NCBI GenBank assembly: GCA_963708135.1
Contig: OY970192.1
Coordinates: 2,656,001 to 2,720,000 of the forward strand
Direction: 5' to 3'
From: an uncultured Gemmatimonadales bacterium
GTDB taxonomy: Bacteria; Gemmatimonadota; Gemmatimonadetes; Longimicrobiales; RSA9
DNA length: 64,000 bases
Shown here: positions 29,329 to 39,138 of the stretch, in pieces
Layout: every line of letters begins with the position of its first letter
Position numbering within the stretch: the first letter of the stretch is position 1
Position numbers and translations under genes: made by a program
Notes under the pieces: model-generated
The model's input: the letters and a program-made list of their open reading frames with translations, nothing else
Told to the model about the DNA's origin: nothing
The model's database searches: none

Positions 29329-30964
29329 CGATGGCGCGGGCCATCTTCGTCATGAGGTCGTCGCCGGGGGCGAGACGCAGCCCGGCCCGGAGCGCCGCGC
29401 GCGCGGTCGTGGTATCGCCGCGGTCGAGGGCGGTGGCGGCGAGGACGCGCTGGATCTCGGGATGGTCGGGCCAGCGCCGGGCCGCGCGGCCCGCGAGCGC
29501 CTGGGCACGATCCAGATGGCCGGCCGCGATGGAGGTTTCGGCGGCCTCGATCGGCGCCCAGGGGAGGTAAGGCCAGAGCGGCAGTGCCCGGGCGTACTCG
29601 CGCTCGGCCAGGCCCAGATCGCCGTCGTTGCGTGCGAAGCGGGCGAGGAAGAGGTGCGCGCGAAAGTCGTCGGGCCGGTCCCGCAGCTCGGCGATGAAGA
29701 TGCTCTCGGTGGAGTGCCAGTCGCGAATGCGCAGCTCGGTCCTCGCCACGAGCAGGAGGGCGACGACGGCAAAGGCGAATCGCGGGACCGCGCGCGAGAC
29801 CTGGCTGCGCCGGAGCACGCGGTCGAGGCCGGCGGCGGCCACCGCCAGCGCGAACAGCGGCAGATACAGCGTCCGCTCCGCGAGCACGATGCCCGTGGGG
29901 AACAGGAGATTGGAGACGGGCAGCATCAGGAGCGGCACCCAGAGGAGTGCGAGCGCGGTGCGCCCCCGGCCTCGGACGAGCGCGTAGATGCCGCCGGCGA
30001 GAACGGCCGCGAGCAGCAGCAGGCCCAGCACGGCGCTCGCGCTCCATCCGTGGGGCGGCATGAAGATGCGGGGACCGTAGTCGGCGAGCAGCGTGCGCGG
30101 GAAGAAGAAGAGGCGCAGCACGCTCGGCCAGACGCCGAGCGCGACGAGCAGGCGGGGTCCGGTCGCGGTCACGACATCGAAGAGCGGGTTCACCTGCCTG
30201 GCGGTGAGGTGCCCGAGCACGGCGAGGCGCAGGGCAAGGAAGGCGATCACCGCGGCGCCCAGGGCGGCATACGCGCCAGCGCGCGCCTTCAGGTAAGCCC
30301 CCAGACTCGCACGGCCCGGGCGCCAGCGTCCGAGCGCGCCGTCGAGAAGCAGCAGCGCCGCGGGCAGCATGACGGCGCTTTCCTTCGAGAGTAGCGCGAG
30401 CGCGAAGAGGAGCGTCACGGCGGCCGTGCGCCGGACGGACGGGCCCGACCCCGGCGCCGCGGTCCAGGCCAGGCAGGCCGCCAGGAAGAAGACCGAAGCC
30501 ATGATCTCGGCCCTGCCCACGACGTTCGCCACGGCCTCGACATGGACCGGATGGACGGCGAAGAGGATCGCGCCGACCAGCGCGGGGCGGGTGGAGAAGA
30601 AACGTCGCAGGAGCAGGAAGACGAGCACGGATGCCGCCACATGCCATAGCAGGCTCGTGAAGTGGAACCAAGCCGGCGAGCCACCGGACAGCGCCCAGTC
30701 CACGGCGAAGCCGAGCGTCGTGAGCGGGCGGTAGAGCGCCATGTCGGCCCCGTTCGCGCCCCAGTAGGGTAGCGTCCAGATCCGCGGGAACGACGCGAGG
30801 GCGTGAACGCGCGGGTCGTTCACGATCACCGCCACGTCGTCGTAGGCGAAAGCGTTACGAAGCGAGAGCGCGTAGGCGGCTCCCGCCACGAGCGCCACGA
30901 GCGCGGCGGCGGCGGTGGGGCGCGACGTGGAACCGACGCCCGTGTCGGGCCCGTCAGGAGTCAT
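29309..30964 (-). CDS. TMTC/DUF1736-like GT-C membrane protein with TPR-like tail (paralog 2)
   Basis: NAFAYDD, YRPLT, FAVHPVHVEAVANVVGRAEI, LLSKES, LLADY, PVSNL..VLAERTLYLP, RIRDW. Confidence 0.82.
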   Translation of the reverse strand: MTPDGPDTGVGSTSRPTAAAALVALVAGAAYALSLRNAFAYDDVAVIVNDPRVHALASFPRIWTLPYWGANGADMALYRPLTTLGFAVDWALSGGSPAWFHFTSLLWHVAASVLVFLLLRRFFSTRPALVGAILFAVHPVHVEAVANVVGRAEIMASVFFLAACLAWTAAPGSGPSVRRTAAVTLLFALALLSKESAVMLPAALLLLDGALGRWRPGRASLGAYLKARAGAYAALGAAVIAFLALRLAVLGHLTARQVNPLFDVVTATGPRLLVALGVWPSVLRLFFFPRTLLADYGPRIFMPPHGWSASAVLGLLLLAAVLAGGIYALVRGRGRTALALLWVPLLMLPVSNLLFPTGIVLAERTLYLPLFALAVAAAGLDRVLRRSQVSRAVPRFAFAVVALLLVARTELRIRDWHSTESIFIAELRDRPDDFRAHLFLARFARNDGDLGLAEREYARALPLWPYLPWAPIEAAETSIAAGHLDRAQALAGRAARRWPDHPEIQRVLAATALDRGDTTTARAALRAGLRLAPGDDLMTKMARAIDAKLAR

Positions 30965-32654
30965 GGGACCTCCCGGGCGGCGGAGCGCCGACGGAGCGGC
31001 CGATGCGGGCGAGCACCGTGTCCGCGGGGCTCACGCGCAGCCCGGCGAGCACGGCGCCGCGCGCGAGCGCGGGGCGTCCGAGGTCGAGCGCGCTGCCGGC
31101 GAGGACCCGATAAAGGGAGATGCTGCGCGGCCAGTGCTCCGTGCCCCAGCGGGCGAGCGCCAGGGCGTAGGTGTCGTGCCGGCGCTTGTGGCTCAGGTCC
31201 GCGGCCTCCCAGATGAGGTGCTCGCGGTACGGCCAGAGCGCGATGGCGCGGGCGTATTCGGCGGCCGAGCGGGCATCGGCATGGTCGACGCGGGCCATGC
31301 GGGCGAGGTGCCAGTGGCCGCGGAAGGCGTCGGGACGGTCGCGGACGAGGGCCTCGAAGATCCGGTTTGTGCCCTCCCACTCCGGGACCCGCAGGGCGGA
31401 GCGGACGCCGAGCGCGAGCAGCACGAGGATGCCGGCGGCGAGCGCGGGGCGGCGCAGGCGCAGTGGCGCGCGGACGGCGGCCTCCGCCAGCGCGGCGGCG
31501 CCGAGGGAGAGCGCGAAGAAGGGCAGATAGAGCGTGCGCTCGGCCACGAGGACGCCCACGGGGATGATGAGGTTCGAGACCGGCAGGATGGCGGTCGGGA
31601 ACCAGAGGAGCGCGAGGACCGCGCGGCGGCGGCGGGCGACGAGCGCGGCGGCGCCGATTCCCAGCAGGGCGGTGAGGAGGACGAGTCCGAGCAGCGCGGC
31701 GGGCGTCCAACCGTGGAGCGGCATGGTGATGCGCGGCGCGTAGTCGACGAGCAGCGTGCGCGGGAAGAGGGCGAGCCGGAGCCAGATCGGCCAGGCCTGG
31801 AGCGCGGTGATCATGCGGAGCCCGCGGCCGTGCAGCACCTCGAGCGTGGGATCCAGGATGCCGGGCCCGACGCGGCCGAGCACGGCGAGGCGCGCGGCGA
31901 GATAGAGGCCGAAGGTCGCCGCGAGCGCGGCCAACGCCCGGCCGCGTACGCGCAGGTAGGCGCGGAGCCGGGCGGGGCGCAGGTCCCAGCGGCCGATAGC
32001 GAAATCGAGGAGCAAGAGGAGCGCCGGCAGCACGGCGGCGCTCTCCTTGGAGAGGAGCCCGAGGAGGTAGAGGGAGGCGGCGGCGGCCACGTCGCCTGGC
32101 GTGGCGTGGGCGTCGGGGAGGCGCGTCCAGACGAGGCAGGCGCCCAGGACGGCGGCAGCGGCCATGAGCTCGGCGCGGCCGACGACGTTGGCCACGGCCT
32201 CGACGTGGACGGGGTGCACGGCGAAGACGAGCGCGCCGAAGAGCGCGGGGCCGGCGGCGAAGAGGCGGAGGAGCAACCGGTAGGCGAGCCAGCAGACGGC
32301 GAGGTGCCAGACCAGGTTCAGGAAGTGGAACCAGGGCGGACTGCCGCCGGAGACGGCCCAGTCGAGGGCGAAGGAGACGTTGGTCAGCGGGCGCCAGATT
32401 CCGAGCCCGGTGGCGTGGGGCCCCCAGTACGGCTGGGTGAGCAGCTCGGGGATGCGGCCCAGGGAGTGGACGCGCGGGTCCCTCTCGATGATCGGCACGT
32501 CGTCGTAGGCGAAGACGTTCCGGAGCGCGAGGGCGTACTGCGCGACGACCGCGAGCGCGAGCAGGAGCGCGGCGCGCGCGTCCGGGCCGAGCGCGCGGAG
32601 CCGCGGCCGTGCGGGCGGCAGGTGCTTCGGCGCGGGGAGCGGGGCCTCAGTCAC
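30954..32654 (-). CDS. TMTC/DUF1736-like GT-C membrane protein with TPR-like tail (paralog 3)
   Basis: NVFAYDD, WRPLT, FAVHPVHVEAVANVVGRAEL, LLSKES, LLVDY, PVSNL..VAERTLYLP, RVPEW; GTG start 32654 inferred. Confidence 0.82.
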   Translation of the reverse strand: MTEAPLPAPKHLPPARPRLRALGPDARAALLLALAVVAQYALALRNVFAYDDVPIIERDPRVHSLGRIPELLTQPYWGPHATGLGIWRPLTNVSFALDWAVSGGSPPWFHFLNLVWHLAVCWLAYRLLLRLFAAGPALFGALVFAVHPVHVEAVANVVGRAELMAAAAVLGACLVWTRLPDAHATPGDVAAAASLYLLGLLSKESAAVLPALLLLLDFAIGRWDLRPARLRAYLRVRGRALAALAATFGLYLAARLAVLGRVGPGILDPTLEVLHGRGLRMITALQAWPIWLRLALFPRTLLVDYAPRITMPLHGWTPAALLGLVLLTALLGIGAAALVARRRRAVLALLWFPTAILPVSNLIIPVGVLVAERTLYLPFFALSLGAAALAEAAVRAPLRLRRPALAAGILVLLALGVRSALRVPEWEGTNRIFEALVRDRPDAFRGHWHLARMARVDHADARSAAEYARAIALWPYREHLIWEAADLSHKRRHDTYALALARWGTEHWPRSISLYRVLAGSALDLGRPALARGAVLAGLRVSPADTVLARIGRSVGAPPPGRSHDS

Positions 32655-34326
32655 GGATGTGGTAGAGGAACATGGTGTGGCCGAGCACGGTGTCCGGCTG
32701 GACCCGGCGGAAGCGGGCGAACGGATCACCGGGCAGATAGACGCCCTGGAGATTGGTGGCGGAGATGGCCACCCAGCGCGGGTCGGGGCCGTGGCCCGGG
32801 AGGGGCAGCAGGCGGAAAAAGCTCGGCAGGGGCAGGTAGTCGATGCCGTAGCCGGCGGGCTGCGCCGAGCCGAAATAGCTCAGGTACACGCGCGGGATCT
32901 GGTGGGCGCGCATGAAGTCGCGGAGCTCGAGCAGGCCCTGCCCCCAGTCGAGGCTGGAGTCGATGAGCACCTCATCGCCACGGTCGCGGGAGGGCGCGTA
33001 GGCGCTGGTGAAGGCGATGTAGTCCGGGTAGAAGGACAGCGAGGAGGCGGCGTACCAGAGAGACACGAGGACGATTCCCGCCCTCAGCTCCCGCCCCGCG
33101 GAGCGCCAGAGGCGGAGCACGCCGGCGGCGATGACGATGCACGCGAGCGGCAGGAGCGGCAGCCCGTGCCGGAACCCGATCTCGAGGTGCGCGCGCAGCA
33201 GGAAGAAGAGGTAGACGGCGGCGCCGATGAGTGGTGCGCGGAGCGGCGAGGCGAGCGCCTTCCTCACGGCGACGCGGCCGGCCGCGCGCGCGGCGCCGAG
33301 GCGGCGGGCGAAGCCGAGCAGCGCGAGGGCGAGGAGCACGTGCAGCGCCACGGGCGTCTTCAACAGGAAGGCCACGGGGAAGAAGTACCAGAACCCGCCC
33401 ACGTGGCGGTGCCCGAGGAGGAAGGCCGGGATGCGCCCGTGGCCGAGGCGGGCGTGCCGGATGTTGAAGTTGAGCCCCCAGCGGAACTGCGCGAGGTGGA
33501 CGTCGCCGCGGAAGACGAGGACCAGGACCAGGTAGCTCGTGGCGAGCGCGACCGGCACGCCGACGGCGACGCGAAGCAGCCAGCGGCGGTCGAGCCCGCG
33601 CGAGAAGCCCTCGGCCAGGATGAGCAGGAGCGCGACGGGCGCGAGCGCGATGGCGCTGTACTTGACCCCCACGGCCAGGGTGACGGCGATGGCGGCCGCG
33701 ACGACGCGGCCGAGCGTGGGGCGGCGGGCGGCGCCGTCCAGCGCCCAGACGCCGAGCAGGAACGCGAGGGCGACGGGCACGTCGTTGTAGGAGATGCCGC
33801 CGTGGGCCAGCACATCCGGGAGGAAGGCGACGAGGCCGGCGGCGAGCAGCCCCTCCGCGGGGCCGAAGCGGCGGCGGGTGAAGGCGTAGGCGGCCACAAC
33901 GAGCAGGAGCGCGATGGCCGCGGCCACGAGGCGCGCCACGAAGGCGAGGCGCTCGGGGTCGTTGCCGACGCCCCAGTAGAACTGCTGGGCGTAGATGTAG
34001 CGGAAGTCGTAGCGCCAGCCGCCCGCCGGCTCCGCCGGGATGCGTGGATGGGTGAGGTAGACCGGCAGGCCATAGACGTACTGCATGAGCGGCGGATGGT
34101 CGAGCACCAGGTCGAACCGGCCGGTGGCGTAGCCGCGCGCGCCGGCGGAGGGGAGCAGGATCTCGTCGAAGGTGGTGGAGGTGTGCCGCATCGCGCCCAC
34201 GATGGCGACGCCGCACACGACGAGGATCAGCGCCAGCGCGGCCGCGTGGAGGCGCGGGCCGAGGCGAGCGGGAAGCCGCGGCCCGGCGGCGGCCGGGGCG
34301 TCGAGGACGACCCGCTCCTCCGTCAC
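32647..34326 (-). CDS. ArnT/PMT_2-like GT-C glycosyltransferase
   Basis: TSTTFDE acidic loop, DHPPL, PDVLAHGG..ND, VKYSA, WYFFPVAFLLKTP, DSSLDWGQ; GTG start 34326. Confidence 0.78.
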   Translation of the reverse strand: MTEERVVLDAPAAAGPRLPARLGPRLHAAALALILVVCGVAIVGAMRHTSTTFDEILLPSAGARGYATGRFDLVLDHPPLMQYVYGLPVYLTHPRIPAEPAGGWRYDFRYIYAQQFYWGVGNDPERLAFVARLVAAAIALLLVVAAYAFTRRRFGPAEGLLAAGLVAFLPDVLAHGGISYNDVPVALAFLLGVWALDGAARRPTLGRVVAAAIAVTLAVGVKYSAIALAPVALLLILAEGFSRGLDRRWLLRVAVGVPVALATSYLVLVLVFRGDVHLAQFRWGLNFNIRHARLGHGRIPAFLLGHRHVGGFWYFFPVAFLLKTPVALHVLLALALLGFARRLGAARAAGRVAVRKALASPLRAPLIGAAVYLFFLLRAHLEIGFRHGLPLLPLACIVIAAGVLRLWRSAGRELRAGIVLVSLWYAASSLSFYPDYIAFTSAYAPSRDRGDEVLIDSSLDWGQGLLELRDFMRAHQIPRVYLSYFGSAQPAGYGIDYLPLPSFFRLLPLPGHGPDPRWVAISATNLQGVYLPGDPFARFRRVQPDTVLGHTMFLYHIRD

Positions 34327-35147
34327 CGGCGCTCCGCCTCCCTTCCCGGCCGCGGCGCGGCGGTCTCCCGCGCGCCCGCGGGGGCCGGGGAGCGGGCGCC
34401 GGGCCGGAGCGTCGTCCAGTAGATGGTGGCCACGCCGAGGAGGGCGCGCGCGTAGTCGCGGGAGCGGAGCTTGGAGCCGGCCACGTCGCGCCAGCGGACG
34501 AGCGGCATCTCGTAGACGACGCCCTCCGCGGGAGGCGCTCCGGCCGCGCGGCGCGCCACGATCATGCGCGCGAGGATCTCGACATCGAAGAGCCAGCGGG
34601 TGCGGAACGGCGCGGAAAAGACGTCGAGCATGGCCGGTGTGGCGCGGAACAGCTTGGCGCCGCACTGGGTGTCGTAGACGCGCATGCCGAGGATGAGGGA
34701 AATGGCGGTGGCGGAGAGGCGGCCCAGGTAGTGGCGCATGCGGCTTCGCTCGATCTGGCGGCCGAGCAGCTGGACGCGCGAGCCCATGGCCAGCTCGATG
34801 TGCGGGTGCAGGTCGAGCACGCGGCGGAAGTCCGCGAGCGCGTCGAGCGGGGTGGCGAGGTCCGCGTCCCAGAAGCCGACGTACCGGGGAAGCGCGCCCG
34901 CGGCGGTCAGGACGCCCTGCCGGACCGCCTCGGCCTTGCCGACGTTCTCGCGCAGCGCGAGCACGCTGAACCGGTCGGGCAGGCGCGCGGCGATCTCGCG
35001 CAGCAGGGTAAGCGTGGCGTCCCGGCTGCCATCGTCCACGAGCAGGAACGAGACGTCCGGCTGCGCGCGGGCGAACGCCTCGAGGGTGGACGCATCCAGG
35101 CGCTCGGCCTCGTTGTAGCACGGGACGACGATGGTGACCTCAGGCAT
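34323..35147 (-). CDS. GT2, polyprenyl/dolichyl-phosphate glycosyltransferase-like
   Basis: IVVPCYNE, VDDGSRD, NVGKAEAVRQG, WDADLATP, DTQCGAKLF, WLFDVEIL. Confidence 0.85.
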   Translation of the reverse strand: MPEVTIVVPCYNEAERLDASTLEAFARAQPDVSFLLVDDGSRDATLTLLREIAARLPDRFSVLALRENVGKAEAVRQGVLTAAGALPRYVGFWDADLATPLDALADFRRVLDLHPHIELAMGSRVQLLGRQIERSRMRHYLGRLSATAISLILGMRVYDTQCGAKLFRATPAMLDVFSAPFRTRWLFDVEILARMIVARRAAGAPPAEGVVYEMPLVRWRDVAGSKLRSRDYARALLGVATIYWTTLRPGARSPAPAGARETAAPRPGREAERR

Positions 35148-35997
35148 GCTCCGCTCCGGGCCCGCCGACGGCGGCGGGGTCGTGGAGGTCGGGCGCGATG
35201 GTGGAGGGCCGCTCGCGCGGGCGAATCTCCCCGGCCTCGCGGCGCAGCAGCGCGACGAGGCTGACGCCCGCACGATACCCGCAGACGCGGTGTCCGTTCA
35301 GGGTGTCGAGCAGCACGCCGGCCTCGGCGCCGAATACGCGCTCCAGCGCGGCGTTGAGCGGCGCGGGCGGCAGCGAGAGGTCGGTCCCGGCGCGGCCGCT
35401 GGCGTGGCCGCGCAGCCGGCCGAGGGCGCGCACCGTCCGCACGACGGGGTACAGGCGGGTGTTGAAGTAGGAGAGGAGCAGCGGCCGTACGGGCAGCCCG
35501 TCCCAGACGGCGGCCAGACGCGCGGCATCGTAGCGGCGGTAGTGGCCGAAGCTCACGTCGTGCTGGCTCCACAGCCGCTCATCCGCGGGAACGGTGATGA
35601 GCACGTGCGCGCCCGGGCGCGTGCGCGAGAGCACGTCGGAGACGAGCGCGAAATCGTCGGGGACGTGCTCGATCACGTCCATGAAGAGGAGCATCGAGGC
35701 CTCCTCGACGTCCTCCTCGATGTCGGCGGGGGCGAAGCCGTGGACGAAGCGGACGCCGGGAAAGCGCTCGCGGGCGAAGGCGATGGCGTCGTCCGAGGTG
35801 TCGATCCCCACGCAGCGATAGCCGTCCGCGAGGGCGGCGATGTTGGCGCCCGTTCCGCAGCCGACATCCACGACGAGGGCCCCCTCATCCGGCGGCACGG
35901 CGGCACGGACGAGGCGCGCCATGATGCGGCGGCGGCCGGCGAACCACCAGTGGCGCGCCTCCAGCTCGGCGTGCAGGCGGAACAGGTCGGGCCTCAT
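35140..35997 (-). CDS. Class I SAM-dependent methyltransferase
   Basis: HWWFAGRR, VDVGCGTG, DVIEHVPDD, TVPA..LWSQHD...GHYRRY. Confidence 0.85.
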   Translation of the reverse strand: MRPDLFRLHAELEARHWWFAGRRRIMARLVRAAVPPDEGALVVDVGCGTGANIAALADGYRCVGIDTSDDAIAFARERFPGVRFVHGFAPADIEEDVEEASMLLFMDVIEHVPDDFALVSDVLSRTRPGAHVLITVPADERLWSQHDVSFGHYRRYDAARLAAVWDGLPVRPLLLSYFNTRLYPVVRTVRALGRLRGHASGRAGTDLSLPPAPLNAALERVFGAEAGVLLDTLNGHRVCGYRAGVSLVALLRREAGEIRPRERPSTIAPDLHDPAAVGGPGAEHA

Positions 35998-37829
35998 GGG
36001 CCTGCTTCCGGGCCGAACGTGCCCACGGCATACTGGTCGTGGATGGCGGTGACCTCGAGCTTCCACGCATGCGCCGCCGCCGTTCCCGCGCCCAGGTGCA
36101 GCAGCAGGAAGGCGCGCGGCATCCGCGCGCGCGGCAGCGGCGCGGGGTTCACCGTAGAGAACACGAGCCAGCGGGTGTCCACCGCTCCCGCGTAGCGCAT
36201 GACGCGCTCGAGCGACGCGGTGGGCAGCACGCGCCAGTCGCGGTCGGCCCAGACGGCCACGGCCGGGCTCCAGCTCATGACCGGCTCGTCTGGCGGCACC
36301 ATGCCGCGCAGCGCGACACCCACCTCGTGGTTGACCTTCGCCACGACCTGCCCCACCGACCCGACGGTGAGCGAGAGATAGAGCCGGCGCGCGTCCGTGC
36401 CGAGGAGGATGAGGAGCGTCACGGCGACGACGAGCCGCCGCTGGAAGCCGCGCTCGACCTCGAGCCCGCGCGAGCGCCGCCGGAGCTCCACGGCGCCGAG
36501 CCGGAGCCCGCGCGCCGCGTACCAGGCGAGGGCCGGCGCGAGGATGATCTGGGTGCGCGGATCGATGGCCACGAGCAAGCCGATGGCCACGGCCGTCACG
36601 GCGAGCGGGGCGAAGGCGACGAGCTCGCGGCGCCGGCCGTGTCCGGGCGCGAGCACGCCGGCCAGGATGAAGGGCCAGAGGAACCACGGCGCGACGACGC
36701 CCATGGCGCGGATGAAGTAGAGCGCGCGCTGGAGGAGGACGGGCGTGCTGGACGCGGCGGCGCGTGGCGCGGCGGACGCCAGGACCCCGGGCGCGGCGGG
36801 CAGGGGTCTGTCGGCGCGGACAACCGCGCCGGCGCTTCGCTCGCCCGACGAACGAGACGCCTCCCTCGGCGGCACGCCCCAGTAGGCGTTGGCCATGCGC
36901 GTGTCGGAGGGGTCGAGCCGGTACAGCTGCCGTGCGTAGGGGTGGTCCTCGCCCTCCCAGAGCATCTGCTCGATCGTCCGCTCGCCGGTGGTGGCGCCCT
37001 CCGTGGCGGTGCGGGCCACGGCGTGGATGCCCACCGCCACGCCGCGCCCGGTGAGGGCCCAGCGGCCGAGCGCGTCGTGAAGGTAGAGGAAGTAGGGCGC
37101 CGTGACGAGGCCGAAGACCGCGCCCAGGAGCACGAGCCGGGCGGCGCGGCCGAGCACGGCGCGGCGGCGGCGCGCCGCGAGGCCGAGGCTCGCCGCGGCC
37201 ACGAGGGCGGCGGCGAGGATCGCCTCCGGCCGGTCGAGGAAGGCGAGCCCGAAGGCGCCGCCCGCCAGCGCCCACCGTCCCCAGCCGTCGCCCGCGGCGA
37301 GGACGAGCGCGATCCCGGTGAGAAGGAACAGGTAGCCGAGCGGCCCGGCGCCGACCCAGAGGTCCCAGCCGATCCAGTACGGGGCGACGAAGGGCGCGAG
37401 CGAGGGGAGCACGGCCACCATGCCGCAGGAGATGAGCGCCGTGCGGCGGCCGGCCAGGCGGCGGAAGATGCTCCAGCAGGGGAGCACCAGCAGCCCCGAG
37501 GCGACGGCGGCGACGATCCGGCCGCCCCACACCAGGCTGCCGACCAGGCGGGCGACCCCGCCGGCGGCGATCGGGAACAGCGGGGAGAGCGCCGTGTGGC
37601 GCAGCCCCGAGAGCGTGTAGCCGTGCCCGGCCCAGAGGCTGCGCGCCAGCAGCAGGTACCACCCCTCGTCGAAGGCGATGTAGTCCCCGCGCCCGAGGAA
37701 GAGGAGCAGGCGGAGCAGGATGGCGAGCGCGGCGATGGCGAGCGCCGGATGGCGGGCCAGAGCGCGCCTCCACCCGGGAGGCGTAGCGGCGGCGCTCCCG
37801 TGCGGCAGGGTCACGGGATGCCCGATCAC
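35994..37829 (-). CDS. GT-C-like (PMT_2/ArnT-type) membrane glycosyltransferase
   Basis: YIAFDEGWYLLLARSL first loop, PLFP, LDRPE, many TM segments; GTG start inferred. Confidence 0.68.
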   Translation of the reverse strand: MIGHPVTLPHGSAAATPPGWRRALARHPALAIAALAILLRLLLFLGRGDYIAFDEGWYLLLARSLWAGHGYTLSGLRHTALSPLFPIAAGGVARLVGSLVWGGRIVAAVASGLLVLPCWSIFRRLAGRRTALISCGMVAVLPSLAPFVAPYWIGWDLWVGAGPLGYLFLLTGIALVLAAGDGWGRWALAGGAFGLAFLDRPEAILAAALVAAASLGLAARRRRAVLGRAARLVLLGAVFGLVTAPYFLYLHDALGRWALTGRGVAVGIHAVARTATEGATTGERTIEQMLWEGEDHPYARQLYRLDPSDTRMANAYWGVPPREASRSSGERSAGAVVRADRPLPAAPGVLASAAPRAAASSTPVLLQRALYFIRAMGVVAPWFLWPFILAGVLAPGHGRRRELVAFAPLAVTAVAIGLLVAIDPRTQIILAPALAWYAARGLRLGAVELRRRSRGLEVERGFQRRLVVAVTLLILLGTDARRLYLSLTVGSVGQVVAKVNHEVGVALRGMVPPDEPVMSWSPAVAVWADRDWRVLPTASLERVMRYAGAVDTRWLVFSTVNPAPLPRARMPRAFLLLHLGAGTAAAHAWKLEVTAIHDQYAVGTFGPEAGP

Positions 37830-39058
37830 GAGGCCCTCCCGACGCTCGGGACCGCGGCGGCCGGAGGGGCTTCGGCCCTGCCGCCGAGGGCTTCCGCGAG
37901 CACGCCCTCGAGCACGCGGATCGAGTGGGGCCAGTCCCATTCGGCGCGCACGGCCCCGGCGGCCGCGCGGCCGACCGCGTCGGCCCCGGCGGGGGCGGCG
38001 AGGAGCGCGCGCAGGCGGGCGGCGAAGCGCGCCTCGTCGCGCGGCTCGAGGAACCCGGTCCGGCCATCCACCACGGTCTCGGGGATGCCGCCCTCCCGGA
38101 CGGCGAGGACGGGACGGCCGCAGGCCATGGCCTCGAGCGGGACGAGCCCGAGCGGCTCGCGGTGGGGCGCGTAGAGCACCACGCGCGCGCCGCGGTAGTG
38201 GGAGACCAGGTCGTCCTCGCTGGCGCCCAAAATCAACTGGAGGGCCACCCCGGCCCGCCCGGCGAGCCGCTCGATCCGGAGCCGCTCGGCCGCGCGGGCG
38301 CGGTCGCTCACGACCCGCAGCGGCGGCCGATCCGCCGGCGCCAGGCGGCCGAGGGCGCCGATCAGGAAGTCGATCCCCTTGAGCGGGTGCAGCGCGCCCA
38401 CGGTGAGGACGTAGTCCCCCGCGGGCCCGGCGCCGGGGGTGAAGCGGGCCGCGTCCACGCCGGGATAGGCCACGCGCGCCGTGCGTCCGTAGACGGCGCG
38501 GACGGCGCCGGCCGTGAAGCGCGAGTTCGAGGCGATGACGGCGGCGGCACGCGCCTGCGCCCGGTCCGTCCGGGCGAGGGTCAGGCGGAGCGCGAGCCGC
38601 ACGGGCAGGCGGGCGATCCGCGGCTCCCGGGCGGCGCGGAGCGGCTCGTGGCAGTAGTAGACGGCCGGCGTGGCCAGCGCGCCGAGGACCCACGGGGCCT
38701 GGGTGAAGCGGCTCGGGTGGACGAGCACGACGTCGTACCCCCCGCAGTCGATCGCGCCGGCGATCCGGCGCTCGAGACGTCGCATGGAGGCGAGGAAGGC
38801 GAGCCAGCGCGGCGCGTCGAGGGGCGCCGGCAGACCGGCGAGCATCCGCTCGCGGTCCGGCGGCTCGGGGTGCGGGAAGACGTGGACGCCACGTGCCACC
38901 TCCCTGAGCGGCCGGAAGCGCTCCTCGGCCGTGCCGGGGACGAAGACATCGACCGTGTGGCCGCGCGCGGCGAGCCCGGCGACCTGCTCGTAGACGACGC
39001 GCTTGGCGCCGCCGGAGGGCAGGTTGTGGTAGACGGCGATGCGGAGGGGATCACTCAT
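37826..39058 (-). CDS. GT4 glycosyltransferase
   Basis: SGGAKR, NSRFTA, YPGVD, KGIDFL, EPLGLVPLEAMACGRPV. Confidence 0.88.
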   Translation of the reverse strand: MSDPLRIAVYHNLPSGGAKRVVYEQVAGLAARGHTVDVFVPGTAEERFRPLREVARGVHVFPHPEPPDRERMLAGLPAPLDAPRWLAFLASMRRLERRIAGAIDCGGYDVVLVHPSRFTQAPWVLGALATPAVYYCHEPLRAAREPRIARLPVRLALRLTLARTDRAQARAAAVIASNSRFTAGAVRAVYGRTARVAYPGVDAARFTPGAGPAGDYVLTVGALHPLKGIDFLIGALGRLAPADRPPLRVVSDRARAAERLRIERLAGRAGVALQLILGASEDDLVSHYRGARVVLYAPHREPLGLVPLEAMACGRPVLAVREGGIPETVVDGRTGFLEPRDEARFAARLRALLAAPAGADAVGRAAAGAVRAEWDWPHSIRVLEGVLAEALGGRAEAPPAAAVPSVGRAS

Positions 39059-39138
39059 GGGCCCGGCTCCGGATAGGGGCGGGCCAGGGGCGCGTGCGAC
39101 CTTGCACGCGTCGCTTTCGGCCGGGTAGCTTTGGCCGG

